This document shows, in pieces, positions 29,955-38,888 of a stretch of 64,000 bases of DNA; position 1 is the first letter of the stretch; every line of letters starts with the position of its first letter. The position numbers were made by a program, and so were the translations under genes. This DNA is from Spirochaetia bacterium (lineage in GTDB: Bacteria; Spirochaetota; Spirochaetia; UBA9216). The DNA lies in assembly GCA_963675665.1 (NCBI GenBank), contig OY776510.1:3296001-3360000 (forward strand). Reading direction: 5' to 3'. The notes beneath the pieces were generated by a model, which was not told the DNA's origin, did not search any database, and worked only from the letters and a program-made list of their open reading frames with translations.

Positions 29955-30432
29955 GAGCTGACTCCCTCATTAATTCGCCGGCTCTTTTTACTGCTTCAAT
30001 AATTTTTTTATAGCCGGTGCATCTGCAGATGTTGCCGTCGAGAGCTTTTTTTATCTCATCGTCGGAAGGATCCGGTTTTTCAAGCAAAAGAGCATAAGTC
30101 GAAAGGACCTGGCCGGGAGTGCAGAAGCCGCATTGTACAGCACCGCTTTCGGCAAAGGCCCGCTGTATCGGATGGGGGTTGTGAACATCCCCCAGGGCTT
30201 TTACAGTCAGAATGCTGCTGTCTTTCGCGCTGGCTGCCAGGACCATGCAGGAGTTGACGGTTTTTCCGTTAAGAATGACTACACAGGCCCCGCAGTCGCC
30301 GGTTTCGCAGCCGTTGTGGACTTCCGTGTATCCGTTATCTCTGAGCAGAGAGAGCAGGGTAGCCGCCGGGGCAAAGCTGAAAGTTTTCAACTCGTTATTT
30401 ACGGTAAAGGTCATTGTAAGCTGATTATTCAT
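29947..30432 (-). CDS. Xanthine dehydrogenase family 2x[2Fe-2S] subunit (set 1)
   Basis: GCETGDCGAC, QCGFCTPG, NICRCTGY. Start reset to MNNQL (30432), which has a GGAGG RBS. Confidence 0.92.
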   Translation of the reverse strand: MNNQLTMTFTVNNELKTFSFAPAATLLSLLRDNGYTEVHNGCETGDCGACVVILNGKTVNSCMVLAASAKDSSILTVKALGDVHNPHPIQRAFAESGAVQCGFCTPGQVLSTYALLLEKPDPSDDEIKKALDGNICRCTGYKKIIEAVKRAGELMRESAHE

Positions 30433-31180
30433 TTGTTGATTCCTCCAGCATTCTGGAAAGTTCAATTAAGGCTCTTTTCTTTAGATATTTTCCTGATAAA
30501 CCCCGTTCATCATTAAATAAAATGTCTTTATCGAAGATTTTTAAAATTTCAGAAGCTGTTCCGTCAAAAAAATGGGTTCCGGCTTTGCATCCGGTAACTG
30601 CGCATACAATAGTTGTTTTACGCAGAGACAGCGTTAAAGTGAAAAAAGGATAATCAAAACCTGTCAGCGTGAATCTGTAATAAGAACCGGTCATGTTTTC
30701 CGGCGGGAGGATAATTGATTTTATAAGTGATGACGAACGAAGTTCCCTGTTGTTTTTAAAATCAGGAAATCCGATGGTTTTACCGGAACCGGCAATATCT
30801 ATAGCGGCACCGGCAGCTGTTAGCGGACCTGACAAATCGGACCATTTTGGGGATGAGAAAGCGCTGCCTCCCAATGTTATCCTGTTGCGAAGCGGTGTTG
30901 ATGCTGCGGAAAACAGTGCGTTTGAGAAAAAGTTGCCAGGAAGTTTGTTTTCCATGAATTGAGCAGCATCCTTATAGGTAACTGCGCTTCCGATGATTGC
31001 TGAGTTATCATTAAAACTGCATCCGTTAAAAATGCCGTCATCGGGAAGATTAAAAAGTCCTTTAATATCAAGTGCAGTTTTTACAAGAAAAGTACCGCCT
31101 CCGTGAGGCTTGTATCCGTCAACAAGGAGCTTAAGACACTCGGCTTCAGAGCCGGGAAAAAACCATTTTATATTACTCAT
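30425..31180 (-). CDS. Molybdopterin dehydrogenase FAD-binding subunit (set 1, YgfM-like)
   Basis: HGGGT and LRNRITLGG. First gene of the operon, directly upstream of the FeS and Mo subunits. Confidence 0.75.
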   Translation of the reverse strand: MSNIKWFFPGSEAECLKLLVDGYKPHGGGTFLVKTALDIKGLFNLPDDGIFNGCSFNDNSAIIGSAVTYKDAAQFMENKLPGNFFSNALFSAASTPLRNRITLGGSAFSSPKWSDLSGPLTAAGAAIDIAGSGKTIGFPDFKNNRELRSSSLIKSIILPPENMTGSYYRFTLTGFDYPFFTLTLSLRKTTIVCAVTGCKAGTHFFDGTASEILKIFDKDILFNDERGLSGKYLKKRALIELSRMLEESTNE

Positions 31181-31187
31181 ATCTTTT

Positions 31188-31260
31188 ATTGTAAATGCAA
31201 AAAATATATAATTGCAAGTAAAATAACTGCGTTGACAAAGAACAACAGCGCTATTAGGAT
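31188..31260. promoter_or_regulatory. Back-to-back sigma70 promoters, both apparently leaderless
   Basis: Minus strand: TTGCAA-18-TACAAT-7nt-ATG (31180). Plus strand: TTGACA-17-TAGGAT-7nt-ATG (31268). Neither gene has a Shine-Dalgarno. Confidence 0.6.
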
Positions 31261-31267
31261 TAACATA

Positions 31268-33229
31268 ATGGAAAGTTCCAATTTGTTACAACGTATAATA
31301 ACCGGTTACTCCAGGAAAAAGAACGATTGGGAAATCAGTTATAATGCTCTTTTATCTTTTGTCAATAATCTGGTTATTAACGACGAATCCGGCAGATACG
31401 GAATTTTCAGCACAAATACATCGGATATTCTTACAGCCATGCTGCTGGACCTTGAAAAAACAGATTCCGTTGAATTGCAGTACAGCGGAACAGCAATAGA
31501 TAAAATAAGAAATTATAAATTTCTGAATCAGGCTGTCCAGGCAGCTTTTCAGGATATGGAATCAAATTCGGAATATCCTTTTCCGACAGTAAGCTCTTTG
31601 GGTATATCAATTCCTGACGACAGGATAGTAACACTGCATCTGCCGGAAAACCTGTCTCCGGCATTAAAAAGCAGCGGTGAAAATGACGGGACGCTTTATA
31701 AGCTGATTATCTCGGGTGAGCTTAGTCCGATAATTGCCGAAGGCGGAATTTTACGGAATCGTGTAATAGTTCTTGCAGTAAATAAAATCAGAAACCATCT
31801 TGCCCATAAAAATAATGCGAATTATATGTATCAGAAGATGCTTCCGATGTGTAAAAAGAACACCCGGGCGTTGGTCGATACTATTAAGATGGTTCAGTCA
31901 AATCCTGGTCGTGCGGCAATGGCATTAAAAAATCCGGATGAATTTATTTTCTCTTTCTGGACTCAGCTGAGTTCTTTTGTAAGAAAAGATCTTGCCGGAA
32001 AAGAAAACAAGACAGCGCATGACGAAGGAATGCTGCAATCAGCATATCTTATAAACGCATATATTATTCATTATAAAAATATTATTATCAGTAACAAACA
32101 AAAAGCGGAAGCTTTGAAATTTGTCGGAGAAAAATTAAAAAAAGAACCTTTTCATTTTACCATAAGTGATATTTACAGTTTTACCAATAAAAGCGGAATT
32201 ATGCTCGGTAAAGTCTATAAAAAAGAAGATCTGCATGATTTTATGAATAAAAAACTGCAGGTGCGGAATAACGAAGTTCTTCCTGAACTGATTAAGGTTA
32301 AAACCATAAATAAACTGTATTATATTCATAAATCTGTTTTTTTAAATCTCGTACACAATAAGATCAACAGTGCGCATGATTATTACCGGAAAAATTATAT
32401 AGATACCTGGTCGGAAGAACTGAAGACCTACAAAGCGCCGGCGAGTATGAATAATGATGAAGTATTTCATGCTGATCTTGAGAAAAGGATAAAAAAAGAG
32501 GACCCACTGCTTTATGCTGTTCTCGGATATGAACTTCTCTTCCTGTCAATAAATGATACAAAGAATATCAAGCTTAAAGCAGTTGCGCAGGGATGGATTG
32601 AACCAAAAATGCAGGAAACAAGACCGTTACCTGTGATATTAGGTCTAAATCGGCGGGAATTAGCTTCTGAAGTCCGGTCAATTGTTCCGTTCTGGCTGAC
32701 AATAAGTTTTTTCAGAAAACTTGCCGCGATTTTCGGAGGGAACAAACGTAAAAAAGAAAAAAAGAAAACAGGACTGTCTCAAGTTTCAGGAGAAGTAAGA
32801 CGTTCGAATGCTCCGAAATCCACGACGTCTGCAAGACCTGCAACCGTTTCTGGTTCGGATGGTTCGGACGGAAAAATCAGGAGTAAAAATATCGAATATA
32901 AAAAGGCCCTTGATGTTCTAAAAAAACAGTTTGATTACAGCAGCACTTCCGTATATGACAGGCTCGACGAGCTTGTACATGAGTGGAACCCGCTGCTTGA
33001 TCACACTGCAAGAAGTAACCTTGTAAAAGATGTTAACAATATGGTGCGGGATTATATGCGGAAAATTCTGAGGGAAACGGCTTTTGCTGTGCCTGATCGG
33101 GAACGGGTCGATAATATTGCTGAATTACTGGCGGGAAATAAGGCGTTTAATGTCATAAAAAAGCGTCAAAGTTTCAGACAGTATATTACTTTGTATATTA
33201 TAAAAACACTCTCCGAGACAAAACCATAG
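31268..33229 (+). CDS. Hypothetical protein (653 aa, spirochaete-type)
   Basis: Long open frame with no recognised motif. Start set at ATG 31268 because the longer ORF-track start overlaps the divergent gene. Confidence 0.75.
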   Translation: MESSNLLQRIITGYSRKKNDWEISYNALLSFVNNLVINDESGRYGIFSTNTSDILTAMLLDLEKTDSVELQYSGTAIDKIRNYKFLNQAVQAAFQDMESNSEYPFPTVSSLGISIPDDRIVTLHLPENLSPALKSSGENDGTLYKLIISGELSPIIAEGGILRNRVIVLAVNKIRNHLAHKNNANYMYQKMLPMCKKNTRALVDTIKMVQSNPGRAAMALKNPDEFIFSFWTQLSSFVRKDLAGKENKTAHDEGMLQSAYLINAYIIHYKNIIISNKQKAEALKFVGEKLKKEPFHFTISDIYSFTNKSGIMLGKVYKKEDLHDFMNKKLQVRNNEVLPELIKVKTINKLYYIHKSVFLNLVHNKINSAHDYYRKNYIDTWSEELKTYKAPASMNNDEVFHADLEKRIKKEDPLLYAVLGYELLFLSINDTKNIKLKAVAQGWIEPKMQETRPLPVILGLNRRELASEVRSIVPFWLTISFFRKLAAIFGGNKRKKEKKKTGLSQVSGEVRRSNAPKSTTSARPATVSGSDGSDGKIRSKNIEYKKALDVLKKQFDYSSTSVYDRLDELVHEWNPLLDHTARSNLVKDVNNMVRDYMRKILRETAFAVPDRERVDNIAELLAGNKAFNVIKKRQSFRQYITLYIIKTLSETKP

Positions 33230-33247
33230 AATTAACGGGATTTTCTG

Positions 33248-33301
33248 TTGCCTGATTTAGAATTAGGGATTAAAATAGAAAATAATTGTTAACGCGAACA
33301 T
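33248..33301 (+). promoter_or_regulatory. Promoter plus operator of the dihydropyrimidinase gene
   Basis: TTGCCT-17-TAAAAT, followed by TTGTTAACGCGAACAT (33286-33301). Confidence 0.55.
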
Positions 33302-33324
33302 ATATAATAATTTTGGAGGTTATA

Positions 33325-34728
33325 ATGAAAACCCTTATTAAAAACGGGACAGTAGTCACTGCCAGTGATACTTACAAGGCCGATGTACTTATCGAAGACG
33401 AAAAAGTAGTAATGATAGGTTTTGAGCTGCCTTCCGAAGGTGCGGACGTCATTGATGCAGCAGGCATGCTGGTCATGCCCGGCGGAATCGATGCTCATAC
33501 ACATCTTGATATGCCTTTTGGAGGAACAGTAACCGCAGATGATTTTTATACCGGACAGAGAGCAGCAGCTTTCGGAGGCACCACATGCCATGTTGATTTT
33601 GCGCTTCAGCAGAAAGGTGAAACCTTGAGGCAGGGTGTTGAACTATGGCAGAAAAAGGCTGAAGGAAAGACCGTAATTGATTACGGTTTTCATATTGCCA
33701 TTACCGATCCCACTGAAGCTTCACTGAATGAAATTCCGTCTCTTGTTGATATTGGTGTTTCATCCTTAAAAGTTTTCCAGGCTTATAAAGGCGCGTTCAT
33801 GGTTGATGATACTGCGCTTTTCAAGGCAATGGAGAAGACCAGAGATGCGGATATAATGCTGATGACTCATTCCGAGAACGGAGATGCTATAGCGCTTCTT
33901 ACTGAACAGCTGGTTGCAGCCGGCAAACTGGATCCGGGTTATCATCTGGACGCGCATCCAAGAGAGATTGAGGGCGAAGCAACTGCAAGGGCAATTGCCC
34001 TGTCGGCAGTTACCGGAGCCAAGTTATATGTAGTTCATATGTCGTGCAAAGATTCTATTGAGCAAATGGCTTTGGGACGATCAAAAGGATATAACGTAAT
34101 GGGAGAAACATGTACGCAGTATATGTTTAAATTTGAAGAGGATATGAGGGTACCGGGATTTGAAGGAGCCAAATGGGCTTGCGGCCCTCCTGTCAGAACT
34201 CCTGCAGATGCTGAATATATCTGGGAATCGTTAAAAAATACAACGCTTCAGACTGTTGCCACGGATCACTGTTCTTTTAATTACGAAGGCGGTGTTGACG
34301 GCAAACTGCCCGGAAAAGAGCTCGGTAAAGACGGATGGCACAAGATTCCTAACGGTATTCCGGGTATAGAAGACCGAATGATGGTTATATATCATAATGG
34401 TGTCAACGGCGGAAGATTCAGTCTTAACCGTTTTGTCGAAGTAACTTCAACAAATGTTGCAAAAGCTATGGGAATGTACCCGAAAAAAGGGACAATAGCA
34501 GTAGGTTCGGATGCTGATATTGTGCTTTGGAATCCCGCAAAGGAACATACTATATCGGCAAAAACACACCATATGAATGTTGATTATAATGCGTACGAAG
34601 GTATGAAAGTAAAAGGAATGCCGGTAAAAACAATTATCCGCGGAACAACCGTAGTAGACGGTGATGAATTCTGCGTAGAAAAGGGTTTCGGTCGGTTTGT
34701 TAAAAGAAAGGGCCCGCAGCTTGTTTAA
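33325..34728 (+). CDS. hydA: Dihydropyrimidinase / D-hydantoinase
   Basis: GGIDAHTH, AAFGGTT, carboxylated Lys in SLKVF, HSENG, YVVH, ATDHC, IPNG. GGAGG RBS before ATG 33325. Confidence 0.93.
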   Translation: MKTLIKNGTVVTASDTYKADVLIEDEKVVMIGFELPSEGADVIDAAGMLVMPGGIDAHTHLDMPFGGTVTADDFYTGQRAAAFGGTTCHVDFALQQKGETLRQGVELWQKKAEGKTVIDYGFHIAITDPTEASLNEIPSLVDIGVSSLKVFQAYKGAFMVDDTALFKAMEKTRDADIMLMTHSENGDAIALLTEQLVAAGKLDPGYHLDAHPREIEGEATARAIALSAVTGAKLYVVHMSCKDSIEQMALGRSKGYNVMGETCTQYMFKFEEDMRVPGFEGAKWACGPPVRTPADAEYIWESLKNTTLQTVATDHCSFNYEGGVDGKLPGKELGKDGWHKIPNGIPGIEDRMMVIYHNGVNGGRFSLNRFVEVTSTNVAKAMGMYPKKGTIAVGSDADIVLWNPAKEHTISAKTHHMNVDYNAYEGMKVKGMPVKTIIRGTTVVDGDEFCVEKGFGRFVKRKGPQLV

Positions 34729-34740
34729 ATTAGCAAAATA

Positions 34741-34775
34741 AAAAAAGCAGCCGGAATGCACGGCTGCTTTTTTTT
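34741..34775. terminator. Bidirectional intrinsic terminator
   Basis: AAAAAA-GCAGCCG-gaatgca-CGGCTGC-T10. Confidence 0.85.
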
Positions 34776-34972
34776 GCCTGAATCCCGCAGACAGGATTAA
34801 AGCATAATTATTAATTGATTTTTTAATGAAACAATTTAATTAAAACTTTGTTTATAAAATATGGTGAATTCTGCTTTATAATGTTTGAATTGTAAATCAA
34901 CCAAAAGGTTGAATTTATTATGAAGCTGAAAAATATACTATAACTTTGGTATTAATATTATAAAATTAAATT

Positions 34973-35494
34973 TTATTCGGTGAAAACTTTATCTGAAAGA
35001 CCGGAAACCTCAAGATATCTTGCAAGTAATTCTGAAGATATTATTATCAATGGCAGGGAGACCGAAAAACGCAATAACGTAAATTTTAATCCCAGAAAAG
35101 TTGATTCGAATATTGCCATGGGAATCCTGAAAACTGCTGATGCGGCAAGATATGAAAGTACTATAGAAAGTTTGGCTCCCTTTTTATAAAGTGAAGCGGA
35201 AACAGGAAAAGCTACATACATTCCGCCGACAGTTGTTCCTGCCAGAAGAAGTACCCAAAGATATGAGAGCAGGCAGGAATTATTGCCGAGGTGTTTTTCA
35301 ACTGTTTCTTTTTTAACCCAGACTTCGAATAATCCTATTATGATAAATGCCGGTGGAAGTACTTTCAGCATGGAAAAAGAGAAGGTTAAAAAGTTAATTC
35401 CAATGTTTTTACCGGGTTCGAAACCGGTAAAAACAGATAGGATTATAAACAGTGCATATATGGAAAAAATTAAATAATTAGAGATTCTCTTCAT
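34973..35494 (-). CDS. Predicted permease half (DUF318/ArsP-like), second half
   Basis: Multiple transmembrane helices. VEKHLG, GGMYVAFP, LYKKGA, FESTFLG. Confidence 0.7.
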   Translation of the reverse strand: MKRISNYLIFSIYALFIILSVFTGFEPGKNIGINFLTFSFSMLKVLPPAFIIIGLFEVWVKKETVEKHLGNNSCLLSYLWVLLLAGTTVGGMYVAFPVSASLYKKGAKLSIVLSYLAASAVFRIPMAIFESTFLGLKFTLLRFSVSLPLIIISSELLARYLEVSGLSDKVFTE

Positions 35495-35976
35495 TAAATG
35501 AAATCTCCATAAAAAACGCCGATGACGAATGCAATAACCAGAGACATTAAAAATGCTCCGGCATTTCTTATTACGGCTGTCTTAGTTCCCAGATACTGCT
35601 TTTCGATTGGAAAAGAAACAACTCCTACGAGCATAAGGCTGGAGGAAAAAGCAGCTATTACAGACCACGTAACACCGGAATCTTTTAAAATCCCGCATAA
35701 AGGAAAAGCAATAAAGCCTGGTATCATGGCTATAGATCCAATCAAAGCTGAAATTAATATGTTTAAGGAGGAGTTGCTTTTTCCGAGGTATTTAATTAAA
35801 ACTTCTTCGGGAAAAAAATAAAGTACGATTGACACCAGAACAAGCATTATCCCGAAAGCAGGGAGTATTTTTAAAAGCTTTAAGAGAGCAATTTTAAGTC
35901 CTTTAAGAGTTTTGCTTCTGTCTGCAAAAAACGAAGCTGCAAGAAGGACTGCACAAAGGATGTAAAGAACAGTCAC
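35494..35976 (-). CDS. Predicted permease half (DUF318/ArsP-like), first half
   Basis: Transmembrane helices. [26 protein letters not shown] start overlaps the lipA stop. Confidence 0.7.
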   Translation of the reverse strand: MTVLYILCAVLLAASFFADRSKTLKGLKIALLKLLKILPAFGIMLVLVSIVLYFFPEEVLIKYLGKSNSSLNILISALIGSIAMIPGFIAFPLCGILKDSGVTWSVIAAFSSSLMLVGVVSFPIEKQYLGTKTAVIRNAGAFLMSLVIAFVIGVFYGDFI

Positions 35977-36833
35977 CTGATGGATTCCAGGGCTTCATCG
36001 GCAAGATAGGAACTTCGGACCAGCGGAGCGCAGGATGCATGAAGAAAACCCAGTTCAACAGCTGTATCATGAATTTTACTGAAAATGTCGGGATGAATCC
36101 ATTCTACTACGGGATGGTGCTGAGCTGACGGAGACAAATACTGACCTACAGTAAGAAAATCACAGCCGACTTTTCGCAGATCTTTTAACACCTCAATTAT
36201 CTGGTTTTCGGTTTCACCAAGACCGAGCATCATACCTGATTTGGTGTATATGGAACTGTTTATACGTTTAACACGTGCCAGCAGTTCAAGAGACTGTCTG
36301 TAATCTGCCTGGGGCCGAACTTCAGGGTATAAAGAGGGAATAGTTTCAACGTTATGATTAATTATATTGGGACCGGCCTGAATAACTGTCATGAGAGCTT
36401 CTTCATCGCCCTGAAAATCTGGAATAAGAACCTCAATTACAGTATCTGAATATTCGGATTTAATGGTTCTTATTACCTCGGCAAAATGTCCGGCGCCTCC
36501 ATCAGGTAGATCATCTCTGGTCACCGATGTTATAACAACATGTTTCAGTTTCAGTTCCCTGACGGCTTCGGCAATGTGCGCAGGTTCAAGAGGATCAATT
36601 TTTTCGGGAATTCCGCCGGCGACATTGCAGAATGTACATGCCCTGGAGCATATTCTGCCTAAAATCATGAATGTGGCCGTTTTTCTGTTAAAGCATTCAC
36701 CTTTGTTGGGACAGGCGGCTTCTTCGCAGACAGTATGCAGATTAAGTCTTTCCAAAAGGTTTTCTACATTAGTAAAATCATATCCTGCTTTATATCTTAC
36801 TTTAAGCCACTCAGGTCTTTTACTCATGTTCAT
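35973..36833 (-). CDS. lipA: Lipoyl synthase
   Basis: [12 protein letters not shown] (CX4CX5C), CSRACTFC (radical SAM), VRSSY. Start reset to ATG 36833 after GAGG. Confidence 0.95.
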   Translation of the reverse strand: MNMSKRPEWLKVRYKAGYDFTNVENLLERLNLHTVCEEAACPNKGECFNRKTATFMILGRICSRACTFCNVAGGIPEKIDPLEPAHIAEAVRELKLKHVVITSVTRDDLPDGGAGHFAEVIRTIKSEYSDTVIEVLIPDFQGDEEALMTVIQAGPNIINHNVETIPSLYPEVRPQADYRQSLELLARVKRINSSIYTKSGMMLGLGETENQIIEVLKDLRKVGCDFLTVGQYLSPSAQHHPVVEWIHPDIFSKIHDTAVELGFLHASCAPLVRSSYLADEALESIR

Positions 36834-37503
36834 TATATACCTCTTCAAGTTTACGTTGTACAAGATCCGCTGCAAAGATTTTTGAAAAATATTCGGCGGT
36901 CTGAAGTTTGACTTTTCCAAAGTCAATTGACGAACCTGTCTCTTTTTCAAGCGAGGTCACGCTGCGATCGGCCAGTCCGCATGGAATTATCCAGTCGAAA
37001 TGTTTCAGGTCCGTTTTAACATTAAAGGCAAAACCGTGAAAACTAATCCATTTACGTACTGCAATACCGATAGCGGTGATTTTTCTGCTTCCGATATATA
37101 CGCCCGTATATTTGCCTTTATCTTTTGTAGTTTCAATACCGTATTCATTTTTAAGCAGCTGTACGAAAATTTCTTCGATATCTGCTACGTATTTATGAAG
37201 GTCTTTACCGAAGTCTTCAAGTTTTAATACAGGGTATCCAACTATCTGTCCGGGACCATGGTAAGTAACATCTCCACCGCGCTCAACATTAAAAAGTTCA
37301 ACACCTTCTTTTTCAAGGATTTCATCGCTTGCAAGTATATTTTTTCTTTCAGCTCTTCTGCCGAGAGTAAGTACGGGAGGATGTTCAACAAGATAAAATG
37401 TATTTTCCAGTTCGCCTTTCCCAATTTTTTCAACTGTTTTTTTCTGTATCAGAAGGGCGTCTGAATAAGACATAACGCCAAGATCAACAAAATTAATTTC
37501 CAT
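36820..37503 (-). CDS. lipB: Octanoyltransferase
   Basis: [40 protein letters not shown]. Confidence 0.95.
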   Translation of the reverse strand: MEINFVDLGVMSYSDALLIQKKTVEKIGKGELENTFYLVEHPPVLTLGRRAERKNILASDEILEKEGVELFNVERGGDVTYHGPGQIVGYPVLKLEDFGKDLHKYVADIEEIFVQLLKNEYGIETTKDKGKYTGVYIGSRKITAIGIAVRKWISFHGFAFNVKTDLKHFDWIIPCGLADRSVTSLEKETGSSIDFGKVKLQTAEYFSKIFAADLVQRKLEEVYNEHE

Positions 37504-37596
37504 GAAGTAAATATAACATTATTTATAAAAAGAATTCAAATTGTGATTTGCAAAATGACAATATATCCCTTTATAATAAATATAAGGAGAAAAGTT

Positions 37597-38880
37597 ATGG
37601 ATAAGGTATTGAGCATAATTCTTGGAGGGGGGAAAGGTTCAAGACTTTATCCTCTCACAGCAAAAAGAGCCAAACCGGCAGTTCCTTTCGGCGGAAAATC
37701 AAGATTGATTGACATTGCTATCTCAAATTGTATTAATTCTGAATTCAGAAAAATTTATATTTTGACGCAATTTGAATCAACATCCTTGAATTTTCATATT
37801 AACAGAACTTATCAGTTCGATAAATTTTCGAAGGGTTTTGTTGAAATCCTGGCGGCGAGCCAGCAGAACGAAAACAGCGGATGGTATGAAGGCACTGCCG
37901 ATGCCGTAAGAAAAAACCTGAGGCATTACCAGACGCATAAGCCCGAATATTACATGATTTTATCCGGAGATCAGCTTTATCATATGAATCTTCAGGAATT
38001 TCTTAAAGAGCACAAAGAGAGCGGTGCAGATATAACGGTAGCGGCTACACCGGTAAGCCGTGATGATGCAAACCAGCTTGGTATACTTAAAATAGACAGT
38101 GCAAAAAGAATCGAGGCGTTCATGGAAAAGCCCGGACCGGACAAGGATATTTCCGAATTGAAAATACCGGAAGATGACTCAACGTATAACAGAAGGAGTG
38201 AAGACGGCAGAAAGGAATACCTTGCTTCAATGGGAATATATATTTTCAGCGCCAAAGCAATGGAGGTTTGTCTTGATTCTGAAAACACTGATTTCGGAAA
38301 AGAAATTATTCCCGAATCCATTAAGACCATGAATGTAAATGCTTATATTTACAACGGCTACTGGGAAGATATAGGGACTATCAAGAATTTTTATGAGGCG
38401 AATCTTAATCTGGCGTCAGTAAGGCCGAATTTTAATCTTTATGATGAAGAGAACCCTGTTTTCACGCACCGGAGAAACTTGCCGCCTTCAAAGATCAATT
38501 CGTGTGTTTTTAAACAGGCTCTTGCTGCAGAAGGTTCAATTATTACTGATGCATATATCAACTATTCCATAGTCGGGCTGAGAACAATAATCAGGGAAGG
38601 CGCCTCTCTTGACGGAGTCTACTGCATGGGTTCCGATTTTTATGAATCAGAAGAGGAGCAGGCTGAGAATCATGAAAAGGGAATACCGAATATCGGTATC
38701 GGACGGGCTACTGTCATTCGCCGGGCAATAATCGATAAAAATGCAAGAATCGGATCAAACTGCAGAATCGGAATTGATGATAATAAAATGCAGGACGGCG
38801 ATTATGGGAATTACCATATTGTAGACGGTATAATAATCATTCATAAGGATGCTGTCATCAAAGACGGTACGGTTATATAG
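37597..38880 (+). CDS. glgC: Glucose-1-phosphate adenylyltransferase
   Basis: LGGGKGSRLYPLT, RAKPAVP, GTADAV, LSGDQ, EKP, DFGKE, YWEDIGT. AAGGAG RBS before ATG 37597. Confidence 0.95.
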   Translation: MDKVLSIILGGGKGSRLYPLTAKRAKPAVPFGGKSRLIDIAISNCINSEFRKIYILTQFESTSLNFHINRTYQFDKFSKGFVEILAASQQNENSGWYEGTADAVRKNLRHYQTHKPEYYMILSGDQLYHMNLQEFLKEHKESGADITVAATPVSRDDANQLGILKIDSAKRIEAFMEKPGPDKDISELKIPEDDSTYNRRSEDGRKEYLASMGIYIFSAKAMEVCLDSENTDFGKEIIPESIKTMNVNAYIYNGYWEDIGTIKNFYEANLNLASVRPNFNLYDEENPVFTHRRNLPPSKINSCVFKQALAAEGSIITDAYINYSIVGLRTIIREGASLDGVYCMGSDFYESEEEQAENHEKGIPNIGIGRATVIRRAIIDKNARIGSNCRIGIDDNKMQDGDYGNYHIVDGIIIIHKDAVIKDGTVI

Positions 38881-38888
38881 ACCGTATT

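Noticed and set aside
16372-31180. Selenocysteine read-through in the selenium-associated yge/xdh genes
   Set aside because: All proteins look full length. The TGA codons I checked are ordinary overlapping stops; for example the TGA at 25429-25431 is followed immediately by TAG.
31103-31267. ORF-track N-terminal extensions (also at 3036, 7991, 25511, 30465, 33286, 36950, 37543, 46840, 55027 and 60318)
   Set aside because: They overlap neighbouring genes or promoters and lack an RBS. Downstream ATGs match the family N-termini better.
31181-31267. Purine riboswitch upstream of the purine operon
   Set aside because: Only 87 bp, fully occupied by two promoters, with no aptamer-like structure.
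34776-34972. Very AT-rich 200-bp gap as an ncRNA or origin
   Set aside because: No stable structure, DnaA-box cluster or repeat visible. It lies between convergent 3' ends.
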